This document shows, piece by piece, positions 51,183-62,183 of a stretch of DNA of 64,000 nucleotides. Positions within the stretch are counted from its first letter, which is position 1, and every line of letters starts with the position of its first letter. The position numbers and the translations under genes were made by a program. Source of the DNA: Negativicutes bacterium (GTDB lineage: Bacteria; Bacillota; Negativicutes; JALHDB01); contig JALHDB010000001.1 in NCBI GenBank assembly GCA_022840825.1, forward strand, positions 362,737-426,736, given 5' to 3'. A model generated the notes under the pieces. It searched no databases, was not told the DNA's origin, and saw only the letters and a list, made by a program, of their open reading frames with translations.

Positions 51183-51652
51183 GATTGTTAAAATCATTAG
51201 GAATCCTCATGCAGTATGGAATGATCATTATGTTATATATTTTTTTGGCAAGGGTTGTCTTACTTATGTATAAAGAATGGCAATATCTAGGACAACCTTT
51301 GTTCGAAATGGGTATTTTGCCTGAAGCTTGTAAAGCTGAATTGATAGTTGAAGACAAAGAGAAACCACAAGAACAGCGAACACATATTCAACTGTCCGAG
51401 TCTACTATTATCGGGCGAGGCGAACATTGTGACATTGTTAGAGATGATCAGTTTATGTCATACGAACATGCTTGTATCGTCCAACAAAATCACCTATTTA
51501 TTTTAGTGGACCTACAGAGTACTAACGGAACATATTTAAATAGTAAACTAATTACCCAAGATACAGTATTACGTGATGATGATCTGATTCGGATTGGGTC
51601 GGTCGTGTTTAGATTTAAGTTGAGAGGTGACAAGAGTGATAGCTTACTCTAA
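51167..51652 (+). CDS. FHA domain protein with N-terminal TM segment (FhaB-like)
   Basis: TM helix, then FHA motifs IIGRGEHCDIV...SYEHACIV...STNGTYLN. It overlaps the fhaA-like stop. Confidence 0.7.
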   Translation: MPFEVRLLKSLGILMQYGMIIMLYIFLARVVLLMYKEWQYLGQPLFEMGILPEACKAELIVEDKEKPQEQRTHIQLSESTIIGRGEHCDIVRDDQFMSYEHACIVQQNHLFILVDLQSTNGTYLNSKLITQDTVLRDDDLIRIGSVVFRFKLRGDKSDSLL

Positions 51653-52358
51653 GTCTGACATTGGAATGGTAAGAAAAACCAATGAGGACAGTTATGTTTG
51701 TCTCCTGCCACATCTATTATTGGTAGCTGATGGTATGGGTGGTCATTTAGCCGGGGAAGTGGCAAGTAAATGTGCAGCAAAAATAATAAGTGATTATATA
51801 GTAATTAATCAACATTTATTAGCTCCGCAAGTATTGCTGACTAATGCTATCGAAATGGCTAATAAAGAAATTTATCAAATGGCTCAGAATAATTTGGATT
51901 ACTTAGGGATGGGTACAACCGTCACCACAGCTTTAATTGATAACAATACTATATATTGGGGACATGTAGGTGATAGTAGGCTGTACTTAATCCATGACAA
52001 TACTATGACCCAATTAACTGAAGACCACTCACTGGTAGGTGAGATGCTGCGATTGGGCAATATAACCAAAGAAGAGGCTGAAATACATCCTAATCGTAAT
52101 ATTTTGACCAGAGCAGTAGGTACTGACCAACAGATAAAGGTCGATATTGGCTTTTCTAATTGGTCAGAAGGTGATGGTATTTTACTTTGTACCGATGGAT
52201 TGACAACTATGGTTAGTGAGCAGGATATACTCGCGTATGTTATCCAGGAACCGAGTAAAGGTGCAAAGATACTTGAAGATATGTTTGCTCAAGCGAATAA
52301 AGCCGGCGGATACGACAATATTACGGCTATTCTGGCCTATTTTGGAGATCAGTTATGA
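51636..52358 (+). CDS. prpC: PP2C-family Ser/Thr protein phosphatase (PrpC/Stp/PstP-like)
   Basis: DIGMVRKTNEDSY, VADGMGGH and DGLT motifs. GTG start after gagaggtga. Confidence 0.85.
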   Translation: MIAYSKSDIGMVRKTNEDSYVCLLPHLLLVADGMGGHLAGEVASKCAAKIISDYIVINQHLLAPQVLLTNAIEMANKEIYQMAQNNLDYLGMGTTVTTALIDNNTIYWGHVGDSRLYLIHDNTMTQLTEDHSLVGEMLRLGNITKEEAEIHPNRNILTRAVGTDQQIKVDIGFSNWSEGDGILLCTDGLTTMVSEQDILAYVIQEPSKGAKILEDMFAQANKAGGYDNITAILAYFGDQL

Positions 52359-53623
52359 CTGGGCAGCAGAAAAATATAATTAGATTATATGTTTTAGCTA
52401 TGATAATTGGGATTATGGGCTTGTTTGTAGTAAGTTTAGCAACCCAATTTCAAACGATAGTTTTTGTTTGCGCTGTCGGGGTTTATGTAAGTTGCTTTGC
52501 AGTTTATTGTATTTTGGAAAGAGGAAAGTATAACGGTGATCCATTATTAATGCCACTTACAATATGCTTATTGGGAATCGGTTTAACCGAGTTATTAAGA
52601 TTAAATCCCAAGCTGTTTGTTTATCAGGCGGTTTGGATTATAATCGGTATAGTTACTTTTTGTTTAACTGTTTTTTTGTTTCGGATAAGCGAAAAACTGG
52701 TTGAGTATAAGTATATTTTTGGTATTGGTGCAGGTTTATTATTGACGCTGGCGATCTTATTTGGTACGAATATTGGCGGAAATCAAAACTGGGTAGTAAT
52801 TGGACCTACTCGTTTCCAACCTTCAGAATTTGCCAAAATATTTTTAGTCTTATTTTTTGCTGGTTATTTGTATGAGCACCGAGAAATGATGGCTTTTTCT
52901 GAAGTGAAAGTTGGACCAATTGTAATGCCAAAAATGAAATTTTTCGCTCCGCTGCTTATAGTATGGGGTTTTTCAATGCTTATGCTAATACAGCAACGCG
53001 ATTTAGGTGCAGCATTATTATATTATGTTACTGCACTGGTCATGATTTATGCTGCAACTGGTCGTAGTGATTATTTTTGGTCAGGAATGCTGCTTTTTGT
53101 TATAGGGGCTTGTATTTGCTATTTTTTATTTCCGCATGTTCAAACTAGAATCAATATCTGGATTAATCCTTGGCAAGATGCTGATGGCAAGGGCTATCAG
53201 ATTGTACAAGCGTTATTTGCAATGGGAACGGGTGGCATCTTAGGAACTGGTTTAACATATGGATATCCAGGGTTAATTCCTGAGGTCCATACCGATTTTA
53301 TATTTGCTGCAATAGGTGAAGAGTTTGGCTATACCGGTAGTTTTTTGGTCTTATTATTATACTTTATTATAATATATCGCTTTTTTAGCATTGCATTGTC
53401 GGTAAAAAATACTTATCATATATTGATTGTGGTAGGTTTAGCTGCTTTTTTTTCATTACAAGTTATATTGATTATTGGGGGTGTAAGTAATTTATTACCA
53501 TTAACCGGAATAACTTTACCGTTTATCAGTTATGGCGGCAGTTCAATGGTTGCTAATTTCATTCTACTGGGAATGACGTATGCAATTTCCAGAAAGGGGC
53601 CTCTGAATGCGTACAGTAATTAA
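52355..53623 (+). CDS. SEDS-family peptidoglycan glycosyltransferase (FtsW/RodA/SpoVE family)
   Basis: 10-TM protein with the SEDS signature PTRFQPSEFAKIFLVLF and a large extracytoplasmic loop. ATGA overlap with the phosphatase stop. Confidence 0.85.
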   Translation: MTGQQKNIIRLYVLAMIIGIMGLFVVSLATQFQTIVFVCAVGVYVSCFAVYCILERGKYNGDPLLMPLTICLLGIGLTELLRLNPKLFVYQAVWIIIGIVTFCLTVFLFRISEKLVEYKYIFGIGAGLLLTLAILFGTNIGGNQNWVVIGPTRFQPSEFAKIFLVLFFAGYLYEHREMMAFSEVKVGPIVMPKMKFFAPLLIVWGFSMLMLIQQRDLGAALLYYVTALVMIYAATGRSDYFWSGMLLFVIGACICYFLFPHVQTRINIWINPWQDADGKGYQIVQALFAMGTGGILGTGLTYGYPGLIPEVHTDFIFAAIGEEFGYTGSFLVLLLYFIIIYRFFSIALSVKNTYHILIVVGLAAFFSLQVILIIGGVSNLLPLTGITLPFISYGGSSMVANFILLGMTYAISRKGPLNAYSN

Positions 53624-55016
53624 AAATGTGCGTACAATTGGTTTGATCTTGCTTAGTTTTATGTTGGTGTTATTTATATATATTACATTTATTCAAATTG
53701 CCAAAAGTGATTTTTTGTCCCAACATCCTTCAAATCTGCGGTCTGTGTTTATAATGAGAAAAATACCGCGTGGAAAAATAACTGATAGAAATGGTAAGAC
53801 TCTAGTAACTAATAAAAAAGTAGCTTCGGGATTTAAACGCGAATACCTATATGGTGAGTTTTGTGCTCATGTAATTGGGTATGATAGTGACAAATATGGA
53901 AAAGCTGGAATTGAGAGGTTTTATAACGGCCACTTATCAGGATTAATGAATCCTTTGCGACGATTTGGTCCGCTTCAGCATTTTGTACGTCCGACCCAAG
54001 GAAATGACATAAGATTGACGATTAATGTTGATTTACAAGAATATGCTTATAATGCTATGGAAAATTATCGTGGAGCTGTAGTATTGTTGTCACCAGCAAC
54101 AGGAGAAATTTTAGCTTTGGTGAGTAAGCCCGGCTATAATCCTAACCTTTTGGATAAACAATGGAATTCAATCCAGCAACATTCCGATAGTCCGCTTGTT
54201 AACCGTTCCATTAACGGAATATATCCGCCAGGATCGATTATCAAAGTAATGTGGGCTGAAAGTGCTTTGCAAGATAACTTGATTTCCCTTAATGATACTT
54301 TCGAATGTAAGGGAAAGTTACATATTGGAGATTATATTTTGCATGAAGCCAATAATCAAGTTCACGGGAAAGTTAATATTAGTCAGGCATTAAAAGTTTC
54401 ATGCAATGTTACTTTTGGTCATATCGCAATGGAACTTGGCAGATCAAAAATAGAAAAAACTTTTGAAAGATATGGCTTATTCCGAAATATGAATCTTGAT
54501 TTGGAGGAATCTTCTGCCAGGCTGCCGAATTTTAAACGAATTACCGATGGTGAAGTAGCGCAAATTGGCATTGGGCAAAGTGGTTTATTAGTTACGCCAT
54601 TACAGATGGCAATGATGACAAGTATTTTTGCTAATGATGGAATCCTGGTCAAACCATTTTTAGTTGATGAAATTACATCTACTAATGGCGAATTAATTCA
54701 TAAAACGAAACCCATTGTTTTAAATAAGCCGGTGACGGCCGAAATTGCCGGCGAAGTAAAAAAAATGATGGAAGCAGTTATAGATGAAGGAACCGGTCAG
54801 GCTGCGAAAGTAGCTGGGGTAAAAATTGCAGGTAAAACCGGAACAGCCGAAAATCCTCATGGGAAACCGCACTCATGGTTTATCGGATTTGCTCCGGTGC
54901 AAAATCCGCAATATGTAATTGCAATGGTCTTAGAGAATGCCGGCTCTGGTGGACAAGTAGCTGCACCGATCGCTGCAAGAATACTACAGAAAGCGCTGCG
55001 TCAAGGAGGTGATTGA
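53607..55016 (+). CDS. Class B penicillin-binding protein (PBP2/PbpA-like transpeptidase)
   Basis: N-terminal TM segment and the transpeptidase motifs SIIK (SxxK), SCN (SxN) and KTGT. It overlaps the SEDS gene end. Confidence 0.85.
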   Translation: MRTVIKNVRTIGLILLSFMLVLFIYITFIQIAKSDFLSQHPSNLRSVFIMRKIPRGKITDRNGKTLVTNKKVASGFKREYLYGEFCAHVIGYDSDKYGKAGIERFYNGHLSGLMNPLRRFGPLQHFVRPTQGNDIRLTINVDLQEYAYNAMENYRGAVVLLSPATGEILALVSKPGYNPNLLDKQWNSIQQHSDSPLVNRSINGIYPPGSIIKVMWAESALQDNLISLNDTFECKGKLHIGDYILHEANNQVHGKVNISQALKVSCNVTFGHIAMELGRSKIEKTFERYGLFRNMNLDLEESSARLPNFKRITDGEVAQIGIGQSGLLVTPLQMAMMTSIFANDGILVKPFLVDEITSTNGELIHKTKPIVLNKPVTAEIAGEVKKMMEAVIDEGTGQAAKVAGVKIAGKTGTAENPHGKPHSWFIGFAPVQNPQYVIAMVLENAGSGGQVAAPIAARILQKALRQGGD

Positions 55017-55017
55017 T

Positions 55018-56895
55018 TTGTTGAATCGAACATTGGATAATCGTTATACCGTACTTGAACACATAGGTGGAGGCGGAATGGCTGAGGTTTATCGTGCTCA
55101 TGATAACCTTCTCGATAGAGCAGTTGCCTTAAAAGTACTACGCACTCAATTTACCAATGATGACGAATTTGTCACTCGGTTTCGCCGCGAGGCTAAGGCA
55201 GCCGCAGGTTTATCACATCCAAATATCGTGAATATTTACGATGTTGGAAGAGATGAGGATATTTATTATATTGTTATGGAATACATTTCGGGAGAAACTT
55301 TGAAGGATAAAATCGTCAGGGAAGCTCCGATTGGTACTAATGAGGCTGTAAATATTATTATTGAGATAGCGGAAGCATTGGAACATGCCCATCAAAATAA
55401 TTTGGTGCATTGTGATATTAAACCTCATAATATTTTAATCACCCGTTCTGGCAGAGTTAAAGTTACCGATTTTGGTATTGCCCGGGCGGTAACTTCAACC
55501 ACCATGACTCAAACCGGCACAATTTTAGGATCAGTTCATTATTTTTCGCCAGAGCAAGCCCGGGGTAGCGTTATTGACTTAAAGTCCGATATTTATTCAT
55601 TAGGAATTGTCTTATATGAAATGGTTACTGGTACTCTTCCTTTTATTGGAGAGTCCCCAATAGCTATAGCCCTTAAACATCTTCAACAAGAACCTAAGTT
55701 GCCAAGAATAATTAACAGTGAAATACCACCGTTGCTTGAAGCAGTAATGCTGAAAGCATTGGCAAAAAATCCGGCAGATCGTTATGACAGCACTCGTGAA
55801 ATGATTTCAGATCTTAGGCTTGTAATTAATTATATACATGATGATCATACTAGGCGACTTACCCGCGAAGATTATCCCACTCAAGTTTTGCCTACTATTA
55901 AACTTCCCGGTGATGAGGAGGACGTTGCATTGAATCAAGCTGATTCAGGGAGCGCAAAAACGAACCCTGCAAATAAAATACTGGTTATTGGATTAATTAT
56001 GTTATTAGGAATTGGCTTTATGCTAGGAGCATTTTTTACTTTCGGTAAATTTTGGAGTATGAAAGAAGTTACTGTCCCTAATGTTATAGGTAAGCATATT
56101 AATGTGGCTAGTAGTATGATGGAAGCACAACGCCTTAAGGTTTCAATTTCAGAATCTTATAATGATAAGGTAGCAGTTGGATTGGTAGTATCTCAATATC
56201 CTGAGCCTGGCAGCATAGTAAAAGAAGAGAGAATTGTCAAGCTAATTGTAAGCAAAGGCTTTGAAAAGGTTTTAATACCAGATCTTCGCGGCATTAACCG
56301 CCGTGAAGCAGAAATACAGATAAAGAATTTAGGCTTAGTAGTTGGAAAAATCGAAGAAAAATTTTCTGCAACTGTTTTACAGGATGTTATCATAAGCCAG
56401 AGCTATAATCCGGCAGTTGAAGTACCAAAAGGGACGCCTATTGATTTTGTTGTTAGTAAGGGTCAGGAACCTAAAAAGTTTAAGTTGCCGGATTTTCGTG
56501 GAAATTCTTTAGAAACTGTAAAAAAACAATTAGAAGTTTTAAAATTAAAGATTGGATTAATAAGAGAAGAAGCCGGCGACCAATACCCGGCAGGTACGGT
56601 AATTGGACATAATCCGCCACCTGGAACTGAAATATTAGAAGGCTCTGCCATCGACTTAACTACAGTTAAATATGTCGCAGGAGATGTAAAGCGAGCTGTT
56701 GTACAAATCAATGTCCCGGATGGTCCTGCACGCCAAACAATACAAATTGTTGTAACAGATATGAATTCCCGCCGTATTGCTTATCAAGGTATCCACAAAA
56801 TTGGCGAAATTGTAGAAAAAACTGTAGAAGGTGTTGGCAATGTTAGGATTCAAGTTTATATTAACGGGACATTAGTACAAGAACAGACCTTGTAA
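55018..56895 (+). CDS. prkC: Ser/Thr protein kinase with extracellular PASTA repeats (PrkC/PknB-like)
   Basis: Kinase subdomains GGGGMAEVY, HCDIKPHN and DFGIA, a TM segment, then three PASTA-like repeats. TTG start after aaggagg. Confidence 0.9.
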   Translation: MLNRTLDNRYTVLEHIGGGGMAEVYRAHDNLLDRAVALKVLRTQFTNDDEFVTRFRREAKAAAGLSHPNIVNIYDVGRDEDIYYIVMEYISGETLKDKIVREAPIGTNEAVNIIIEIAEALEHAHQNNLVHCDIKPHNILITRSGRVKVTDFGIARAVTSTTMTQTGTILGSVHYFSPEQARGSVIDLKSDIYSLGIVLYEMVTGTLPFIGESPIAIALKHLQQEPKLPRIINSEIPPLLEAVMLKALAKNPADRYDSTREMISDLRLVINYIHDDHTRRLTREDYPTQVLPTIKLPGDEEDVALNQADSGSAKTNPANKILVIGLIMLLGIGFMLGAFFTFGKFWSMKEVTVPNVIGKHINVASSMMEAQRLKVSISESYNDKVAVGLVVSQYPEPGSIVKEERIVKLIVSKGFEKVLIPDLRGINRREAEIQIKNLGLVVGKIEEKFSATVLQDVIISQSYNPAVEVPKGTPIDFVVSKGQEPKKFKLPDFRGNSLETVKKQLEVLKLKIGLIREEAGDQYPAGTVIGHNPPPGTEILEGSAIDLTTVKYVAGDVKRAVVQINVPDGPARQTIQIVVTDMNSRRIAYQGIHKIGEIVEKTVEGVGNVRIQVYINGTLVQEQTL

Positions 56896-56908
56896 TTGGA
56901 GGTATTCC

Positions 56909-57781
56909 GTGATAACTGGATTAGTGATCAAAGCTTATAATGGATACTACTATGTTAAATCAGATGACAAAGTAATCGTTTGTTCATTACGGGGAAGACT
57001 TAAAAAGGATATTGTAAGCTTGGTTGTCGGAGATAATGTTCAGTTACAACCGATACAAGCAGATAAGGGTGTCATCGAAGGAGTGTTGCCCCGACGTAAT
57101 TTATTGCGACGTCCATTAGTAGCGAATGTCGATCAAGTAGTTTTGGTCTTTGCTGCAGGAAATCCGGAAATCAATACTTCTTTATTAGATCGGTTTATTG
57201 TACTTACTGAATTGTCTGGTCTCAATGCGATTATTTGTATTAATAAGGTCGATATTACCGGTTCAATTGTTTTGGCAGAGCTAACTACTGTATATAGAAG
57301 GATCGGTTATCCGGTAATTGAGATATCAGCAAAAAATGAAATAGGCATAAACGATTTACAACCTTATCTGAACAATAAAATAACAGTATTTGCCGGACCA
57401 TCAGGCGTTGGTAAATCAACTATTTTAAATTGCTTAGACCCCGCTTTACAATTGCAGACAGGTGAAGTAAGCAGTAAAATAGGACGGGGCAAACATACAA
57501 CCCGCTACGCTCAGTTGCTGCCGTTAAAGTCCGGAGGATATGTCGTTGATACTCCTGGTTTTAGTTCTACGGAGTTTAATGATGTACATGAAGCTGAGTT
57601 AGCTCATTGCTTTCGCGAATTTAATAATTATAGCAGAATGTGCAAATTCAACACATGCCTGCATTACAAAGAACCGTTGTGTGCCGTAAAAGAAGCGGTA
57701 AATAATGAGCAAATTTCTCCATGGCGGTATGAATCTTATATGAAAATGTTAATGGAAATCAAGGAAAATAAGCGAGGATAG
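56909..57781 (+). CDS. rsgA: Ribosome small-subunit-dependent GTPase A RsgA (YloQ/CpgA)
   Basis: Circularly permuted GTPase (NKVDI...[12 protein letters not shown]) with a C-terminal Zn motif CKFNTCLH...C. GTG start after ggaggt. Confidence 0.9.
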   Translation: MITGLVIKAYNGYYYVKSDDKVIVCSLRGRLKKDIVSLVVGDNVQLQPIQADKGVIEGVLPRRNLLRRPLVANVDQVVLVFAAGNPEINTSLLDRFIVLTELSGLNAIICINKVDITGSIVLAELTTVYRRIGYPVIEISAKNEIGINDLQPYLNNKITVFAGPSGVGKSTILNCLDPALQLQTGEVSSKIGRGKHTTRYAQLLPLKSGGYVVDTPGFSSTEFNDVHEAELAHCFREFNNYSRMCKFNTCLHYKEPLCAVKEAVNNEQISPWRYESYMKMLMEIKENKRG

Positions 57782-57785
57782 TACA

Positions 57786-58433
57786 ATGATTAAAATTGCA
57801 CCTTCTATTTTGTCAGCAGATTTTTCACGGTTGAATGAAGAAGTCCAAAAAGCTGAATATGCAGGGGCCGACATGATTCATATTGATGTTATGGATGGTC
57901 ATTTTGTTCCTAATTTGACTATCGGTCCAATGGTTGTTGCTGCATTACGTTCGGTCACAAGACTCCCCTTTGATATTCACTTAATGATTACCAACCCGCA
58001 AGATATGATTATGCCATTTGTTCAAGCCGGAGCAAACATTATTACCGTACATGTTGAAACGGCACCGCATCTGCATAGAATTGTGCAAGCGATTAAACAA
58101 CAAGGTGTAAAAGCAGGTGTATCATTAAATCCGGCTACACCTATTTCATTAATTGAGGAAATTCTGCCCGAGATCGATATGGTATTAATTATGAGCGTTA
58201 ATCCTGGTTTTGGCGGGCAGAAATTTATCGAATCTTCAGTTGGTAAAATTAGACGGATAAAAGCACTGATCGACGAGCGGGCCCTTAATATCGATATCCA
58301 GGTTGACGGAGGAATTAATATTGAAACGGCAAAACAAGTGATTGCAGCTGGAGCTAATATCTTAGTTGCCGGTTCGGCATTATATCAAGCTTCAGATATG
58401 GCGGAAACTATAAAGAAAATCCGCGGTACTTGA
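57786..58433 (+). CDS. rpe: Ribulose-phosphate 3-epimerase Rpe
   Basis: [10 protein letters not shown] and [12 protein letters not shown] motifs. Confidence 0.92.
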   Translation: MIKIAPSILSADFSRLNEEVQKAEYAGADMIHIDVMDGHFVPNLTIGPMVVAALRSVTRLPFDIHLMITNPQDMIMPFVQAGANIITVHVETAPHLHRIVQAIKQQGVKAGVSLNPATPISLIEEILPEIDMVLIMSVNPGFGGQKFIESSVGKIRRIKALIDERALNIDIQVDGGINIETAKQVIAAGANILVAGSALYQASDMAETIKKIRGT

Positions 58434-58469
58434 ATTCATATAAAATTAGTGGTATTATATTCTTGTGCA

Positions 58470-58610
58470 ATTAAATATTTAGCCTTTGGGGCAAGGTGCG
58501 AAGATTAATCTTCAATTCCTGACCGGCGGTATAGTCCGCGAGCCGTATGGCAGATCCGGTTAAATTCCGGAACCGACAGTATAGTCTGGATGTGAAAAGG
58601 CGTAACTAAT
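58470..58610 (+). promoter_or_regulatory. FMN riboswitch (RFN element), leader of the ribD-E-BA-H operon
   Basis: ggggcaaggtg...gaccggcggtatagtccgcgagc...ccgacagtatagtctggatg..aaaagg matches the RFN consensus. An extended -10, tggtattat, lies at 58449-58457 with ttgaat at 58430-58435. Confidence 0.88.
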
Positions 58611-58688
58611 AGTTATTTATTAACTGTTTAGATTTTCCCCCAAGGGTATTCTGAGCAGTTTTTTTGCTTTTTATAAGGAGGTGATAAG

Positions 58689-59783
58689 ATGGACAACTAT
58701 ATGGAATTAGCCCTGCAACTTGCAGAGAAAGCCCGAGGGTATACCAGCCCTAATCCGATGGTTGGGGCGGTGATTGTAAAAGAAGGTAAAATTGTTGGCC
58801 GCGGGTGGCACCAGAAAGCAGGCGGCCCGCATGCTGAAATCAATGCAATTGATCAAGCAGGTGAAGCGGCGCGAGGTGCTACTTTATTCGTTACACTTGA
58901 ACCTTGTGCGCATTACGGACGTACCGGTCCATGTACGCAGGCAATTATTAACGCCGGAATTGCTAAAGTTATTGTAGCTATGGTTGACCCCAATCCGCTG
59001 GTTGCCGGAAAAGGTGTTAAGATTTTGGAGCAAGCCGGTATACAAGTTGAAGTAATTCAAGGTGCTTTAAATGAACAAGCAGTCCGGCTTAATGAAGTAT
59101 TTATTAAGTGGATTACTACTAATATGCCATTTATTGCACTTAAAACAGCGATGTCGCTGGATGGTAAAATTGCTACATATTGCCGAAAATCAAAATGGAT
59201 TACCGGTGAACAAGCTAGAAATTATGGTCATTATCTTCGTCATTGTTTTGATTCTATTTTAGTAGGAATTGGTACAGTAATCGAGGATGACCCGTTATTA
59301 ACTTGCCGTTTGCCTAACGGACGCAGTCCAATTCGAATTATATTGGATAGTATGGCTCGCATTTCCCCATCAGCGAAAGTACTTCAAGATGATTCAGTAA
59401 CAACGATAATTGCTGTCGCTCAGGAGGCTGATATTAATAGAATTAGAAAATTAAAAACTTTAAGAGAGGGTATTATTATTATCGAGGTACAACATAATGC
59501 ATACGGTCTCGACTTGCCGGATTTATTGCGGAAGTTGGCTGCGATGAATATTACCAGTGTATTAGTTGAAGGTGGCGCAAGTATTAATGCATCATTTCTG
59601 AAAGAAAATTTAGTTGACAAATATTACGGTTTTATTGCCCCAAAGATCATTGGCGGGAGCGGGGCTATGGGTCCGGTGGGTGGCCAAGGAGTCGATTGCC
59701 CAAATGATGCTTGGAGTGTTGACAGTATAGCTATAGAAAAAATTGGTCAAGATATTTTAATTTCAGGCTATATTCGAAAGTAG
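58689..59783 (+). CDS. ribD: Bifunctional riboflavin biosynthesis deaminase/reductase RibD
   Basis: Zn deaminase motifs HAEINAI and PCAHYGRTGPC, plus a reductase domain. RBS aaggaggtg. Confidence 0.92.
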   Translation: MDNYMELALQLAEKARGYTSPNPMVGAVIVKEGKIVGRGWHQKAGGPHAEINAIDQAGEAARGATLFVTLEPCAHYGRTGPCTQAIINAGIAKVIVAMVDPNPLVAGKGVKILEQAGIQVEVIQGALNEQAVRLNEVFIKWITTNMPFIALKTAMSLDGKIATYCRKSKWITGEQARNYGHYLRHCFDSILVGIGTVIEDDPLLTCRLPNGRSPIRIILDSMARISPSAKVLQDDSVTTIIAVAQEADINRIRKLKTLREGIIIIEVQHNAYGLDLPDLLRKLAAMNITSVLVEGGASINASFLKENLVDKYYGFIAPKIIGGSGAMGPVGGQGVDCPNDAWSVDSIAIEKIGQDILISGYIRK

Positions 59784-59793
59784 GAGGATAATA

Positions 59794-60453
59794 ATGTTTA
59801 CTGGAATCGTTGAAGAATTGGGTAGTATTGCTGCCATAGAAAGAGGCAGTAAAGCTGTTAGACTGACTGTCTCTGCTCAAAAAGTGCTGCAAGATGTCCA
59901 AGTCGGTGACAGTATAGCGGTAAATGGAGTTTGTCTAACAGTGGTAACATTTCAGCCTACTGCTTTTATTGCTGATGTTATGCCGGAAACAGTCGATAAA
60001 ACCGTTATCAGTAAACTTCACCGGGGAGATATAGTAAATTTGGAACGCGCCGTACGGGCGGGGGATAGATTAGGCGGTCACCTGGTCAGTGGTCATGTCG
60101 ATGGAATAGGGATAATTGAAAAAAAAGAAAAGAATGAAAATGCAGTAATTGTGTTAATTAAAGCTGCAGCCGACATATTAAGGTACATTGTAATGAAAGG
60201 ATCAATTGCGGTCGATGGAATTAGTCTAACCGTTATAGAAGTAAATGCTGACTCATTTGCCGTATCGCTTATTCCCCACACCGCTGCTGCAACGACTCTT
60301 GGTTTTAAAAATAGCGGTGATATGGTTAATTTGGAGACGGATATTATTGCAAAGTATGTTGAAAAGATGCTGTTGCCGGAGAAAGACAAAAAAACACCGG
60401 GGCAGAAAAAGTCTGACATAACAAGAGAGCTATTAATAAAATCAGGTTTTTAG
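59794..60453 (+). CDS. ribE: Riboflavin synthase alpha chain RibE
   Basis: MFTGIVEE N-terminus and the duplicated lumazine-binding repeat. Confidence 0.92.
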   Translation: MFTGIVEELGSIAAIERGSKAVRLTVSAQKVLQDVQVGDSIAVNGVCLTVVTFQPTAFIADVMPETVDKTVISKLHRGDIVNLERAVRAGDRLGGHLVSGHVDGIGIIEKKEKNENAVIVLIKAAADILRYIVMKGSIAVDGISLTVIEVNADSFAVSLIPHTAAATTLGFKNSGDMVNLETDIIAKYVEKMLLPEKDKKTPGQKKSDITRELLIKSGF

Positions 60454-60464
60454 GAGGGTTAAAG

Positions 60465-61679
60465 ATGATTTTTAATTCAATTGAAGAAGCAATTGCTGAC
60501 GTTAAAGCCGGCAGGATGATTGTTGTTGTTGACGATGAAGATCGGGAAAATGAAGGAGATATCTTAATGGCAGCGGAAAAAATTACGCCTCAAGATATCA
60601 ACTTTATGGCTACGTTTGGTCGCGGTTTGGTATGTATGCCAATTATTGCTCAAAGATTAGACGAATTGGAAGTATTTCCGATGGTTCACAAAAACACCGA
60701 TAACCATTGTACGGCCTTTACCGTGTCAGTAGATTCTAATCAGGCAACTACCGGTATTTCAGCGTTTGAACGGGCGATGACGATTCAAAGTATTATTGAT
60801 CCTGCTACCAAGCCGGAAGATTTACGCCGCCCAGGACACATATTTCCACTAAGGTACTGTGAAGGAGGTGTTTTAAGGCGGGCAGGTCATACCGAAGCTG
60901 CCGTAGATATGGCTAAATTAGCCGGGTTATATCCGGCCGGAGTCATTTGTGAAATAATGAATGATGACGGTACCATGGCCCGGGTACCTCAGTTAATGGA
61001 ATTTGTCAAGAAACATAATCTAAAAATCATAACCATAGCGGATTTGATTCGCTACCGCAAAAAACACGAAAAGTTTATAGTTAAAGTAGCAGAAACAAAC
61101 TTACCGACTAAATACGGAACATTTAAACTAGTCGCATATGAAAGTAATTTAGATCAACAGTGCCATGTGGCGTTAATAAAAGGCGATGTAGCTGGCAAAA
61201 AAAATGTTTTGGTGCGTATTCATTCGGAATGTTTAACCGGAGATGTACTCGGCTCATTACGATGCGATTGCGGTGAACAGTTGGCAACAGCTTTGAAGCG
61301 TATTGACCAAGAGGGTGAGGGAGTCTTATTATACATGCGTCAGGAAGGCCGGGGAATTGGCTTAGCTAATAAAATTAGAGCATATGCTTTACAAGATAAG
61401 GGGAAAGATACAGTTGAAGCGAATGAATTACTGGGCTTTGCCCCCGATCTTAGAGATTATGGAATTGGCGCTCAAATATTAGAAGATTTAGGGTTGAGCA
61501 GTATTAGATTATTGACTAATAACCCCAATAAACGGGCTGGTTTGGAAGGATACGGCATTACAATTGTAAAACGGGTACCATTAGAGGTAAAGGCTAATAA
61601 ATTCAATAATCGTTACTTATCAATAAAAAAATCAAAGCTAGGACACTTGTTGAAACAGTATGAGGAGGAACAAGCATGA
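60465..61679 (+). CDS. ribBA: Bifunctional DHBP synthase/GTP cyclohydrolase II RibBA
   Basis: RENEGD in the DHBPS domain, and CxxGDxxGSxRCDCG in the GCHII domain. Confidence 0.92.
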   Translation: MIFNSIEEAIADVKAGRMIVVVDDEDRENEGDILMAAEKITPQDINFMATFGRGLVCMPIIAQRLDELEVFPMVHKNTDNHCTAFTVSVDSNQATTGISAFERAMTIQSIIDPATKPEDLRRPGHIFPLRYCEGGVLRRAGHTEAAVDMAKLAGLYPAGVICEIMNDDGTMARVPQLMEFVKKHNLKIITIADLIRYRKKHEKFIVKVAETNLPTKYGTFKLVAYESNLDQQCHVALIKGDVAGKKNVLVRIHSECLTGDVLGSLRCDCGEQLATALKRIDQEGEGVLLYMRQEGRGIGLANKIRAYALQDKGKDTVEANELLGFAPDLRDYGIGAQILEDLGLSSIRLLTNNPNKRAGLEGYGITIVKRVPLEVKANKFNNRYLSIKKSKLGHLLKQYEEEQA

Positions 61680-62140
61680 TTAAGACTTTTGAAGGTAATT
61701 TAGTTGCGGATGGTTTAAAATTTGGGATAGTATTAAGTCGATTTAATGAGTTTATTACAGGAAAACTGCTTACAGGGGCCTTAGATTCTTTGCAGCGGCA
61801 CGGTGTAGAGAAAGAAAACATAGAAATTGTATGGGTTCCCGGTGCGTTTGAAATACCGCTTGCGGCACAGAAAATGGCTAAAAGCCAAAAATATGATGCA
61901 GTAATATGTCTTGGCGCAGTAATAAGGGGAAACACTCCACATTTTGATTATGTATGCGCTGAGGTTTCCAAGGGAATTGCGAATGTAAGTCTTGCGACCG
62001 GTTTACCGGTTATATTTGGTGTTCTTACTACCGAAAGTATAGAACAGGCGATTGAAAGGGCCGGTACCAAAGCCGGCAATAAAGGTTCGGATGCAGCTGT
62101 TTCCGCAATCGAAATGGCTAATCTATTACGTAAAATATAA
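61676..62140 (+). CDS. ribH: 6,7-dimethyl-8-ribityllumazine synthase RibH
   Basis: 154 aa with the conserved lumazine synthase core. ATGA overlap with ribBA. Confidence 0.92.
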   Translation: MIKTFEGNLVADGLKFGIVLSRFNEFITGKLLTGALDSLQRHGVEKENIEIVWVPGAFEIPLAAQKMAKSQKYDAVICLGAVIRGNTPHFDYVCAEVSKGIANVSLATGLPVIFGVLTTESIEQAIERAGTKAGNKGSDAAVSAIEMANLLRKI

Positions 62141-62183
62141 CATTTCCTGGAAATAAATTCCATGACGGATGGCGGAGGTAGTA

